From: an uncultured Candidatus Saccharibacteria bacterium
Lineage (GTDB): Bacteria > Patescibacteriota > Doudnabacteria > UBA920
NCBI GenBank assembly: GCA_964402965.1
Contig: CAYODY010000001.1
Location: 5,724-69,723, forward strand
Reading direction: 5' to 3'
DNA length: 64,000 nucleotides
In this document: positions 46,644 through 55,508 of the stretch, one piece after another
Position numbering within the stretch: position 1 is the first letter of the stretch
Layout of the letters: each line of letters starts with the position of its first letter
Notes under the pieces: generated by a model
The model's database searches: none
Told to the model about the DNA's origin: nothing
Seen by the model: only the letters and a program-made list of their open reading frames with translations
Translations under genes and position numbers: made by a program

Positions 46644-47384
46644 ATGGAAGAGCAATACATTCTACATTATCAACCGATGGTTACTTTGTCTGACTATAGA
46701 ATAGTTGGGGCAGAGGCGTTGGTGCGTCGTGTTGAAGGTAAAAAAATAATTTCACCTAGCGACTTTATTCCAGATGCTGAGCGCACTGGGAAAATTATTT
46801 CCATTGGACAATGGGTGTTAGCAGATGTGTGTCGTCAAATTAACGAGTGGCAGGGGAGCGGAGTCGAGCCTGTTCCTATAGCGATAAACATTTCTGCACG
46901 TGAACTTTTCCATACCAATTTTACTGAAAATGTTTTGGAAGTTGTGAAGGCTGCAAAAGTAGATCCAAAACTAATTAAATTTGAGTTAACAGAAACTTTC
47001 CCAGTAGAAGAACTGGAGCGTGCCGATAAAATTCTTAAGCAACTAAAAAAACAAGGTTTTACCTTGCTTATAGATGATTTTGGTACCGGGTACGCGTCTT
47101 TAAAATATTTAACTTATTTACCGTTTGATGGTGTAAAGATAGACCAGACTTTTGTTGCAACACTCCCAGATAGTTTGCCAGATGCCGCTATTATTTCTGC
47201 AGTTTGCGGATTAGCGAGACAATTAAAGTTAAGAGTCATTGCTGAAGGTGTCGATAAAAAGTCACAGTTAAATTTCTTGCGCGCTGTTGGCTGTAATTCG
47301 GCACAAGGTAACTATTTTTGCAAAGCTGTTTCAGCAGAAGCTCTTACTAAATTATTGCAAGGGAAGCGCAAATTGCCTGCTTAG
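46644..47384 (+). CDS. stand-alone EAL-domain protein (putative c-di-GMP phosphodiesterase)
   Basis: Motifs EALVRR, ELTE, LLIDDFGTGYASLKYL, DGVKIDQTFV; 246 aa with no GGDEF domain. Confidence 0.8.
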   Translation: MEEQYILHYQPMVTLSDYRIVGAEALVRRVEGKKIISPSDFIPDAERTGKIISIGQWVLADVCRQINEWQGSGVEPVPIAINISARELFHTNFTENVLEVVKAAKVDPKLIKFELTETFPVEELERADKILKQLKKQGFTLLIDDFGTGYASLKYLTYLPFDGVKIDQTFVATLPDSLPDAAIISAVCGLARQLKLRVIAEGVDKKSQLNFLRAVGCNSAQGNYFCKAVSAEALTKLLQGKRKLPA

Positions 47385-47428
47385 TCAGAACTCTATTAAC
47401 TTCAATTAGCTAGCTACGATAACAACAA

Positions 47429-48355
47429 TTAACTTAGCTTAAAGTCTTTATATCCTCGCAAAAAGTCGTCCATTTTGGTCGGCTTTTTTCCTTCTAATTG
47501 AACAGACATTAGTTCAAGGTAAGTGTCTTTTGCACATGGGATTATTGCTCGGTTTGCTGGGTCACGCGGTTCGTCTTGTGCAACTACACGGCATTCCAAA
47601 ATTTTTAACTGTTTTTCAGGCTCGCTTTCAACTGGTGAACATTTTGTATAGATCCCAGGCCACAACGCAAATGCACGCCACATGTTGTATATCTCTTGTG
47701 CTGTTTTCGCAGTAAAGTCTACAAAACCATCTTCTTTTTTAATTAACTTGGTGGAAGTAGCTTCGTCATGAATTTGTGTTCGTGGTTCAATGCCGTTGTC
47801 TGCGTACACGGGAAGTAGATCAATTAAGATATGCGCAGAAAGATATGAAAGTTTTTCTGCTAGAGTTAGAAATGTATCTGTTGGTTCAATGTCTATTGCA
47901 CCTTGAGCAATTATGTCACCATGGTCAACAAGCTCGTCAAGAATGAAAATAGTTGTGCCGGTTGTAGTTTCTCCGTTGAGTAAGGCATATTGAATTGGTG
48001 CAGCTCCTCTGTATTTTGGTAGTAACGAAAAATGCACGTTAATTGTTTTTAACGGTGGAATATCTATGAGTTCTAGTGGAAGTATTTTGCCATAAGAGAC
48101 GACAATAAAAATATCTGCGTTGAGTTCTTTTAGATGCTGAATAAACTCCGCATTGTTCTTTACTTTTTCGGGTTTAGATATTTTTAACTTGAGCTCATTT
48201 GCACGGTCGGAGATTGCAGATGGCGTAAGAATTTGTTTACGTCCAACGAGCGCGTCCGGACTGGTGACAACTTCTAAAATTTCGTGCCCCGCTTCGTGTA
48301 ACGCAGTTAGGATTGGTGCTCCAACAATAGATGTTCCAAAGAAAACTATTTTCAT
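47429..48355 (-). CDS. fmt: methionyl-tRNA formyltransferase
   Basis: MKIVFFGTS ... INVHFSLLPKYRGAAPIQ (the formyltransferase N-H-D catalytic region); 308 aa. Confidence 0.9.
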   Translation of the reverse strand: MKIVFFGTSIVGAPILTALHEAGHEILEVVTSPDALVGRKQILTPSAISDRANELKLKISKPEKVKNNAEFIQHLKELNADIFIVVSYGKILPLELIDIPPLKTINVHFSLLPKYRGAAPIQYALLNGETTTGTTIFILDELVDHGDIIAQGAIDIEPTDTFLTLAEKLSYLSAHILIDLLPVYADNGIEPRTQIHDEATSTKLIKKEDGFVDFTAKTAQEIYNMWRAFALWPGIYTKCSPVESEPEKQLKILECRVVAQDEPRDPANRAIIPCAKDTYLELMSVQLEGKKPTKMDDFLRGYKDFKLS

Positions 48356-48382
48356 ACTTTTAAAATATATTATGCTAATTCA

Positions 48383-48949
48383 TTAAACCTTCAACTTTTT
48401 AACAAGCGCGCGGAAAATCTCCGCTTCGTATTGGCAGTCTACAATTGCATTGTGTCTGTTTTCAATTTTCTTAACACCCAATGCTGTACCAACATCTTCC
48501 AAAGTAAATCCAGCAAACTTTTTAGGATTAGTTAATTTCTTGTGTTTCGCCATGTAGAAGTAACAAAGAGGCCATAAATTAAATGTGTATTGCAAAGTAA
48601 ATGGGTATTTCATTTTTACAGAACGATATGCGGCAGGGAAAAAGACAATATCTAAATTTCCGCCGTACATTGCAGGGGTTACATCTGAACCAAAAGTTTT
48701 ATTAAACTTTTTTAGTGCTGTTGCCATGCTTGGAGCATTTTTTAAATCTTCTGCTGAAATCTTATTTACAGCCATGGCTTCGGGGTCGCGTTTTGCCCAT
48801 CGTTGAGGTTTAACAAAAGTAGAAAAAGACTTTTTCTCTTTCAAAGTTTTACGGTCAAGCAAAATTGCCGCAATTTGAATAATCTCGTGCTTGGTTACAT
48901 CTAGTCCTGTCATTTCTAGATCGAACAGTAAAATATCTTTTTTGAACAT
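48383..48949 (-). CDS. orn: oligoribonuclease-like DEDDh 3'-5' exonuclease
   Basis: Exo I is LFDLEMTGLD (compare Orn WIDLEMTGLD), Exo II is GGNLDIVFF and Exo III is RHNAIVDCQYE (H-x-A-x-x-D). 188 aa, Orn-sized. Confidence 0.65.
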   Translation of the reverse strand: MFKKDILLFDLEMTGLDVTKHEIIQIAAILLDRKTLKEKKSFSTFVKPQRWAKRDPEAMAVNKISAEDLKNAPSMATALKKFNKTFGSDVTPAMYGGNLDIVFFPAAYRSVKMKYPFTLQYTFNLWPLCYFYMAKHKKLTNPKKFAGFTLEDVGTALGVKKIENRHNAIVDCQYEAEIFRALVKKLKV

Positions 48950-49024
48950 AATTTAGGCTTATTTAAGGGTAAATTTCATTTTTAAACTTAGTTAGCTATT
49001 ATTCGCTGCAGTATCCAGCTACAA

Positions 49025-49558
49025 TTAGCCAGCTACAATGCGTTTAAATACTTCCGCGGCTAGCCGTGCTTTTTCTAACGCATTGCTTCTATTTTTAATT
49101 TTCAAATTAAAATGTTGAAACAGTGTTTCTAGAGTAGGCATTTTTTTAATGCCATAGTGCAAGGTGTAAACATATCCCAATGACCATAGATCTAGAATAT
49201 GCGCATCGTACTCGTAAGGGATGAAAGTTTTTTTAAAAGCTTGTCTTAAAAATTGCACATTCTGAACTGTGTGAGTTGCTAGCAGGGGAGTGTATCCAAA
49301 TTTAGTTGTGAAATTTTTTATTACTTCGTGCAGTTTTGGACTTGTTCTTAGGACATCAAATGGCACGTTCAAAAGTTGAGCGTGTTGTTCTAATGTTTGA
49401 TCAATAAAACTAACTTTAACATAAGAGTTAAAAAAATCTTTTTCTAAAAGATTATCTTTGTCGAGTAATATTGCAGAAAGTTGAACTATTACGTCGCGAT
49501 CTAAATTGGACCCAGTTGTTTCTACTTGGAAAAATAGTATGTCTTTTATGAATTTCAT
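49025..49558 (-). CDS. catalytically degenerate oligoribonuclease-like paralogue
   Basis: Same fold and length, and a paralogue of 48383..48949. The DEDDh residues are replaced. Exo I is FFQVETTG (D to Q), Exo II is VQNVQFL (D to N) and Exo III is NRSNALEKA (H to S, D to K). Confidence 0.55.
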   Translation of the reverse strand: MKFIKDILFFQVETTGSNLDRDVIVQLSAILLDKDNLLEKDFFNSYVKVSFIDQTLEQHAQLLNVPFDVLRTSPKLHEVIKNFTTKFGYTPLLATHTVQNVQFLRQAFKKTFIPYEYDAHILDLWSLGYVYTLHYGIKKMPTLETLFQHFNLKIKNRSNALEKARLAAEVFKRIVAG

Positions 49559-50052
49559 TTTTTTTCTGCGTATTTTGGTAATAGTTCTTCACCTGTAGTT
49601 ATCTTTTCGAACTTATCTATTATTAAGATGTTATTTAAATGATCTATTTCGTGCTGTAACACTCGCGCAAGGAAGGTATCGTCAGTAATGGTAAACTTTT
49701 CTCCATTAGTATTGTAAGCTTCTACGGTAATTTTCTTTGGGCGTTTTACTGTTCCAAAAACACCTGGGAGTGACAAGCATCCTTCTTCCATTTCAGTCAT
49801 TACTTTTGAACTCTTTGTAATTTTAGGATTGATGATGGGAAAAGCAGGGAGTCCAGCATCTTCTAAATAAATTAGAGCCATATCCAAACTTTTGCTAACT
49901 TGAGTACACGCAAGACCAACACCATTCGCAGAAATTACGGTGTCGTGCATGTTTTTTATTAATCGTAAGATGTCTTTCTTGAGGGGGAACTTTAACTCCT
50001 CAACTGGTTTGCGCAGCACTTGCGCTGGTAGTTTTGCAATTGGTAATATCAT
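49555..50052 (-). CDS. def: peptide deformylase
   Basis: GVGLACTQV, EGCLS and QHEIDHL are the three PDF motifs. Confidence 0.9.
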   Translation of the reverse strand: MILPIAKLPAQVLRKPVEELKFPLKKDILRLIKNMHDTVISANGVGLACTQVSKSLDMALIYLEDAGLPAFPIINPKITKSSKVMTEMEEGCLSLPGVFGTVKRPKKITVEAYNTNGEKFTITDDTFLARVLQHEIDHLNNILIIDKFEKITTGEELLPKYAEKK

Positions 50053-50321
50053 TTCTTGTTTTCAGCGTTATATTTCTTGATTAAATAGGCAAATAGTTTG
50101 CCGGGGGTTTTTACTTTCGGATTTTCCATTATCTCCCCAGCAATTTTGCGTAATGTGTCTTCGGGGTAGGTAACTGCCATTTTAAGATAGAATCCAAAAT
50201 GGGCACGATCATTAAATAGATTTGCCAAATCATCAGCTAAGACATGTGCTTTGCTATGTAATTTTGGGTCACGTTTGCGGACCAATTTGTGCTTTGGAAC
50301 CAAATCTTTTAGAGAATCCAT
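50049..50321 (-). CDS. hypothetical small basic protein, first gene of the def-fmt operon
   Basis: 90 aa. Its stop overlaps the def start (ATGA). No motif recognised. Confidence 0.4.
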   Translation of the reverse strand: MDSLKDLVPKHKLVRKRDPKLHSKAHVLADDLANLFNDRAHFGFYLKMAVTYPEDTLRKIAGEIMENPKVKTPGKLFAYLIKKYNAENKK

Positions 50322-50377
50322 ATATACATTATACCTTACTCGCTAAAATTGCGCGAAAACTGTATAATATTAAGGAT

Positions 50378-51232
50378 ATGACTACTAAATCAATCTTATT
50401 AGCAATCATAGTTTTAGGTATATTTATTGGAATTATGGAAAAAGTTCCACAGCGTTCTTGGGATTGGTTTTCTAACACTTCTATTGGTAACCAAGTTTTA
50501 AATTACAAATCAGGGAATCAGGTTTTACCAGACCCACTACGCGGACTTATTGACCCAAATATTAAGAGTCAATTAACCATGGAAGGCGTGGTGAAATATA
50601 CAAATTTACAACGTGGTACAAATGGACAGTCTACACTAAAGATAAATGCAAAATTAAATGCTGCTGCAATGGCAAAAATTGATGATCTTTTTGCTCAGCA
50701 ATATTTTGAACACAAATCTCCAAATGGTAATACTCCTGCAGATATAATTAAGGCACAGGGCTACGAGTATATTGTAGTTGGAGAAAATTTGGCGTTAGGA
50801 AATTTTAAAGACGACGAAACTTTAGTACAAGCATGGATGGATAGTCCAGGGCATCGTGCGAATATTTTAAATCACAAGTATCAAGAAATTGGTGTAGCAG
50901 TAAAAAAAGGAATGTTTGAAGGTAACGAAGTTTGGTTGGCTGTGCAAGAGTTTGGTGCTCCACTTTCTGCATGCCCTCCAGCAAATCAAAGTATAAAAAC
51001 TCAACTAGATGCAAACAAGTCTTTACTGGCAGAGTACGAAACTACTTTAAACAGACAAAAATCTGATTTAGATAGCAATAGTTTTGCAAGTCCTGCTGAG
51101 TACAACAGAGCGGTCACACAATACAATATTTTAGTAAAAAAGACTCGTGAATTAAGCGAGAGAACCAAAGAGTTGGTGGATCAATATAACGATTCTGTAA
51201 ATAATTTTAATAGTTGTCTAGAAAGTAATTAG
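50378..51232 (+). CDS. CAP/SCP (PR-1/YkwD-like) domain protein with N-terminal TM and C-terminal coiled coil
   Basis: Start at ATG 50378 (MTTKSILLAIIVLGIF), downstream of a TATAAT box at 50363. The CAP motifs are GENLALGNFKDDETLVQAWMDSPGHRANILNHKYQEIGVAV. Confidence 0.65.
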   Translation: MTTKSILLAIIVLGIFIGIMEKVPQRSWDWFSNTSIGNQVLNYKSGNQVLPDPLRGLIDPNIKSQLTMEGVVKYTNLQRGTNGQSTLKINAKLNAAAMAKIDDLFAQQYFEHKSPNGNTPADIIKAQGYEYIVVGENLALGNFKDDETLVQAWMDSPGHRANILNHKYQEIGVAVKKGMFEGNEVWLAVQEFGAPLSACPPANQSIKTQLDANKSLLAEYETTLNRQKSDLDSNSFASPAEYNRAVTQYNILVKKTRELSERTKELVDQYNDSVNNFNSCLESN

Positions 51233-51245
51233 AAATTCACAAAGA

Positions 51246-52565
51246 ATGATAGATATTGCAGGTTTAAAAATTAGTAATATAACAAAGCGCGAGTTACTAG
51301 AACAAGTCCGTGAACGTGTCGCTAAGAAGCAAAAAACTTTTGTAACAACACCGTACTCAGAGTTTTTGTACGCGAGCATGCGTAACCCAGAAGTCCGGGA
51401 AATGTTAAATAAGTCAGATTTCGCAATACCAGATGGGATTGGGATTCTTTGGGCTCATCTATTTTTGTCTCGTCCTTTTAGTTTTAAGAATTTCTACCTA
51501 AAAATTATCCAGTCGTGGTTTCAGGTGGTGTGGACAGGGGCATCTATTATTTTCAAACCGAGTTTGCTGTATAGAGAGATTCCAGAAAAAATTGTTGGAG
51601 CAGATTTAATTTGGGATTTGTGTGCAATGGCAGAACGCGAGAATTTTTCTGTGTTTTTATTAGGTGGCTTTGGTCATACTACGGAAATTGCAAAACAGAA
51701 ACTTTTACAAAAATTTCCTAAACTGCAAATTGCAGGGACTTCAAATAAGAATCCTAAAGATGTTGAAGTTTTGGATCAAATCAATTCTGTTAAACCAGAT
51801 TTGCTTTTTGTAGCTTTCGGGCCAATAAAACAAGAGAAGTGGATTGCGGAAAACTTACAAAATATTTCAGCGAGTTTTGCAATTGGTTTAGGAGGAACTT
51901 TTGACTACATAGCAGGAACTAAAAAAGCACCACCAAAATTTATCCGTCGTATTGGATTGGAATGGTTGTATCGGTTAGTTACTCAACCAAGTAGGTTAGC
52001 AAGAATTTACAAAGCGGTTGTTGGTTTAATAATTTCGCTCATGCGACACAAAGTTTTTTCTTCAATGCCTTTTCGAAAAAATGTAATAGCGGTTGTTCTA
52101 AATGATGAGGGTAAAATTTTTATTGCCCAACGGAATCCCAGAGATCCGTACTTAGTAAAAACAGCAGGTGGAATTATGCTTGAGAAGTATGCAAATTATT
52201 GGCAGTTCGCTCGTGGTGAAGCTGAAAAAAATGAAACCTTAGAGGAAACAGGTAGACGTGAGTTGATGGAAGAAACTGGAATTACATCTGTTGAGCTAAA
52301 AAAAATTTCTAAACAAACTAGCTCGTATCTTTGGAACAATTCATTAAGACCTTTATTTGGGAATATATACAAAAAAAAGGGACAAAATCAAAACATTGTC
52401 TATTTTAATTTTGTTGGAGAAGATTCAGAAATCAAGTTAGACCAAAGGGAGTTAGTCAATTATAAATGGGTAAAAATGAGTGATTTAGATTCAACTTTGC
52501 ACCCGGAACAAGCAGACGTAATTCGTATAATAAAAGAAGATCTGGGTGTTGAAAATCAGGCTTAA
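51246..52565 (+). CDS. fusion protein: WecB/TagA/CpsF-family glycosyltransferase (GT26) plus C-terminal NUDIX hydrolase
   Basis: GT26 motifs FAIPDGIGILWA, FLLGGFG and GGTFDY in the first ~260 aa. The Nudix box GEAEKNETLEETGRRELMEETGI (G-x5-E-x7-REUxEExGU) follows in the last ~150 aa. Confidence 0.7.
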   Translation: MIDIAGLKISNITKRELLEQVRERVAKKQKTFVTTPYSEFLYASMRNPEVREMLNKSDFAIPDGIGILWAHLFLSRPFSFKNFYLKIIQSWFQVVWTGASIIFKPSLLYREIPEKIVGADLIWDLCAMAERENFSVFLLGGFGHTTEIAKQKLLQKFPKLQIAGTSNKNPKDVEVLDQINSVKPDLLFVAFGPIKQEKWIAENLQNISASFAIGLGGTFDYIAGTKKAPPKFIRRIGLEWLYRLVTQPSRLARIYKAVVGLIISLMRHKVFSSMPFRKNVIAVVLNDEGKIFIAQRNPRDPYLVKTAGGIMLEKYANYWQFARGEAEKNETLEETGRRELMEETGITSVELKKISKQTSSYLWNNSLRPLFGNIYKKKGQNQNIVYFNFVGEDSEIKLDQRELVNYKWVKMSDLDSTLHPEQADVIRIIKEDLGVENQA

Positions 52566-52598
52566 ACTTGCTATAATTAAGCTCTAAATTAGAAATAG

Positions 52599-54128
52599 AT
52601 GAATATTACAAATCCAAAAATCCGCACAAGATTTGCCCCAAGCCCAACTGGTTATGTTCACGTTGGTAGCTTGCGCACATCACTTTTTAATTATTTGTTC
52701 GCAAAGAATTTAGGCGGAGTAACTGTTCTTCGTATTGAAGATACAGACCAGACTCGTTTAGTAGAAGGTGCGGCTGAAAATTTAGTTTCAGTTTTGGGAA
52801 AACTCGGAATAACTTTTGATGAAGGCCCAACTTTAAATGAAGCAGGGGAGTTAGTTGAAGTTGGGGAGTTTGGACCATATACACAATCTAAACGTTTAGA
52901 TATCTATAAAAAATACACAGAAGAACTACTAGAAAAAAAAGCAGGCTACTATTGTTTCTGTTCATCTGAACGACTGGATGAACTTCGTAAAGAACAAACT
53001 GCTTTAAAGAAGCCTCCAATGTACGACAGGCATTGTCGTAATCTTTCAGAAGATGAAATTTCTGCAAAGCAAGTAGAGTTTAAGGAAGCTGGTAAAAATC
53101 CAGTAATACGCCAAGCGAATCCGTTAGAAGGTGAAACCATTGTGAACGATTTAGTATATGGCGAAATAAAATACGACAATGCATTGTTAGATGACCAAGT
53201 ACTAATTAAGTCAGATGGGTTTCCTACTTACCACTTTGCAGTTGTAATTGACGATCATCTTATGCAAATTTCTCACGTAATTCGTGCAGAAGAATGGATT
53301 CCTTCTACTCCAAAACATGTTTTGCTTTACAAGGCATTTGGCTGGGAAGCACCGCAGTTCGCACATATGCCGTTAATTTTAAATCCAGATAAGAGTAAAT
53401 TGTCTAAACGCCAAGGAGATGTAGCTGTAGAAGATTTCTTGAACAAAGGTTACTTACCGCAAGCGTTGGTGAACTTTGTCGCATTTTTAGGATGGAACCC
53501 AAAAACAGAACAAGAACTTTTTTCAATGGAAGAGCTTGTAGCTCAATTTGATTTGGCAAAAGTAAACAAGTCCAGCGCAGTATTTGATGTGAATAAATTA
53601 GACTGGATGAATAGTGAATACATTCGTGCTATGTCCAACTCAGAACTTGTTAATGCTTGTAAACCGTATTGGAAAACTTCTTGGGATGTGTTAATGATAG
53701 AAGGCGAAAAATTCCCTGAAAACTATTTAGAAGCAATTTGTGCTTTAGAAAAAGATAGACTTAAAAAACTTTCAGAAATCGCAGAAAGAACTAACTACTT
53801 CTTCGCAACTCCAGATTACGATGGACAGATTTTAGTTTGGAAAAAATCTACACCTGAAATAACAAAGCAAAGTTTGGCATTGCTTCAAGATTTAGTTCGA
53901 ATTACCGATTTAGAAACTTTACAGTCTATAGAAAAGTTTGAAAAAACTGTGAAAGACTTTATTGCAGAACATGAGTTAGATAACGGTTCAGTATTGTGGC
54001 CACTGAGAGTTGCTATGACAGGACTTGAAAAGAGTCCAAACCCATTTGAAGTTTGCGCTACAATTGCTTTGGGCTGGGGAAAAGATGAAGTTCTATTCCG
54101 TCTAGAAAAAGCAATTAGTCTTTTGTAA
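52599..54128 (+). CDS. gltX: glutamate--tRNA ligase
   Basis: FAPSPTGYVHVGSLRTSLFNY carries the HIGH-class motif, and KLSKRQ is the KMSKS motif; 509 aa. Confidence 0.9.
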   Translation: MNITNPKIRTRFAPSPTGYVHVGSLRTSLFNYLFAKNLGGVTVLRIEDTDQTRLVEGAAENLVSVLGKLGITFDEGPTLNEAGELVEVGEFGPYTQSKRLDIYKKYTEELLEKKAGYYCFCSSERLDELRKEQTALKKPPMYDRHCRNLSEDEISAKQVEFKEAGKNPVIRQANPLEGETIVNDLVYGEIKYDNALLDDQVLIKSDGFPTYHFAVVIDDHLMQISHVIRAEEWIPSTPKHVLLYKAFGWEAPQFAHMPLILNPDKSKLSKRQGDVAVEDFLNKGYLPQALVNFVAFLGWNPKTEQELFSMEELVAQFDLAKVNKSSAVFDVNKLDWMNSEYIRAMSNSELVNACKPYWKTSWDVLMIEGEKFPENYLEAICALEKDRLKKLSEIAERTNYFFATPDYDGQILVWKKSTPEITKQSLALLQDLVRITDLETLQSIEKFEKTVKDFIAEHELDNGSVLWPLRVAMTGLEKSPNPFEVCATIALGWGKDEVLFRLEKAISLL

Positions 54129-54194
54129 ATCTGTTACATAAAGTTTTCGTAAAACTTTGGCAAAACCACATCAAATGTGATATAATTATCTCAA

Positions 54195-55499
54195 ATGATT
54201 GGTAAAAACTCTGAAACCAAAACTGTTTTTAAGCTTCTCGTATCTGCCGGAATAATTGGCTTATTTGGGCTATTTTTGGTTGTTGGAAAATTCGTTGTGT
54301 TCAATGATGCTCAAGCTGTGGTAATAAACCCAAGCATAGACTTAAACGATAGACTTCAGAAAATTCAAGCACAAATCAACGCTTACCAGCAATCCATTAG
54401 TCAAACCAAAAAGCAAGGAGCTAGTCTAGCAAACGAAATTAGCATGTACGATAACCAAATTGCATCTTTGGAGTTACAAATGCAGGCTAATTCTACTCAA
54501 ACAGAAGACACAACATTGCAAATTAAAGAGTTGCAAACTCAAATAGACCGTCGTCGTGCAGAAATAGATCAAAATAAAGTTATTCTAGGTTCATTAATTC
54601 GCCAGCTTTCTGAGTTAGACGAAAACTCGTTCTTGCACATAGGTCTTGGTACAGATAATTTCTCATCATTCTTAGATCAAATTCAGTACAACCGAAGTGT
54701 GCAAGATCAGGTATATTCTTTAGTCGTCAAAATTAAAGAAATTAAGGCGAAATTAGAAGTTCAGCAAGATGATTTAAAGAAACAACTCGAAAAACTAAAG
54801 CAACTTGGTGAGCAGTTAAACATTGCAGAGAAAGCTTTAGCAGATGAGCGTTCTTCTAAGTCAGAATTATTAGCAAAGACAAAAGGAACAGAGAAGAACT
54901 ATCAGAAATTACTACAAACAAGTAAGGGTGAGGCAGATAAAATCCAACAAGAACTTTACGATCTTGACCAAGCGGCACGTGGACGTGCTGGAAACCCAAG
55001 CATCTCTGCTAAGAAAGGTGTGTTGGCTTGGCCAATGGATGGTGTGTTAACTCAAGGTTATGGAAATACTGGGTTCACTTCTCTAGGTTACAATTTCCAC
55101 AATGGAATAGATTTAGCCGCCCCTGCTGGGAAGCCAATCTATGCAGCAGCAGATGGTACTGTTGCAAACTGTAATTCATCTCAAGCTGCCTATGGAAACT
55201 GGTGTACTATCTATCACTCTGTTTCCACAAATGATGGAATTCGAGATATCGTTACGTTATATGCTCACATGAGCTCTATTAAAGTTTCCCCAGGATTGCA
55301 AGTAAAAATGGGTGATTTAATTGGGTACGAAGGTAATTCTGGAAACACAACTCGTTTGCTATATGGACCAGATAGGGGATACCATCTTCACTTTACTGTT
55401 TTTGACCGTAAAGGTTATGCCGTAACAAAAGGTAAATATGGTGACTACTATGTTCCAAGCGGAGTAACATATAATCCACTTAATTTCTTAGGTAAATAA
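54195..55499 (+). CDS. M23 (LytM) peptidoglycan endopeptidase with N-terminal TM and coiled coil (EnvC-like)
   Basis: A TM anchor, then a ~250-aa coiled coil, then HNGIDLAAPAGKPIYAAADGTV ... YAHMS ... GYHLHF (the M23 HxxxD / HxH zinc site). Confidence 0.8.
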   Translation: MIGKNSETKTVFKLLVSAGIIGLFGLFLVVGKFVVFNDAQAVVINPSIDLNDRLQKIQAQINAYQQSISQTKKQGASLANEISMYDNQIASLELQMQANSTQTEDTTLQIKELQTQIDRRRAEIDQNKVILGSLIRQLSELDENSFLHIGLGTDNFSSFLDQIQYNRSVQDQVYSLVVKIKEIKAKLEVQQDDLKKQLEKLKQLGEQLNIAEKALADERSSKSELLAKTKGTEKNYQKLLQTSKGEADKIQQELYDLDQAARGRAGNPSISAKKGVLAWPMDGVLTQGYGNTGFTSLGYNFHNGIDLAAPAGKPIYAAADGTVANCNSSQAAYGNWCTIYHSVSTNDGIRDIVTLYAHMSSIKVSPGLQVKMGDLIGYEGNSGNTTRLLYGPDRGYHLHFTVFDRKGYAVTKGKYGDYYVPSGVTYNPLNFLGK

Positions 55500-55508
55500 T
55501 TTTAGATA

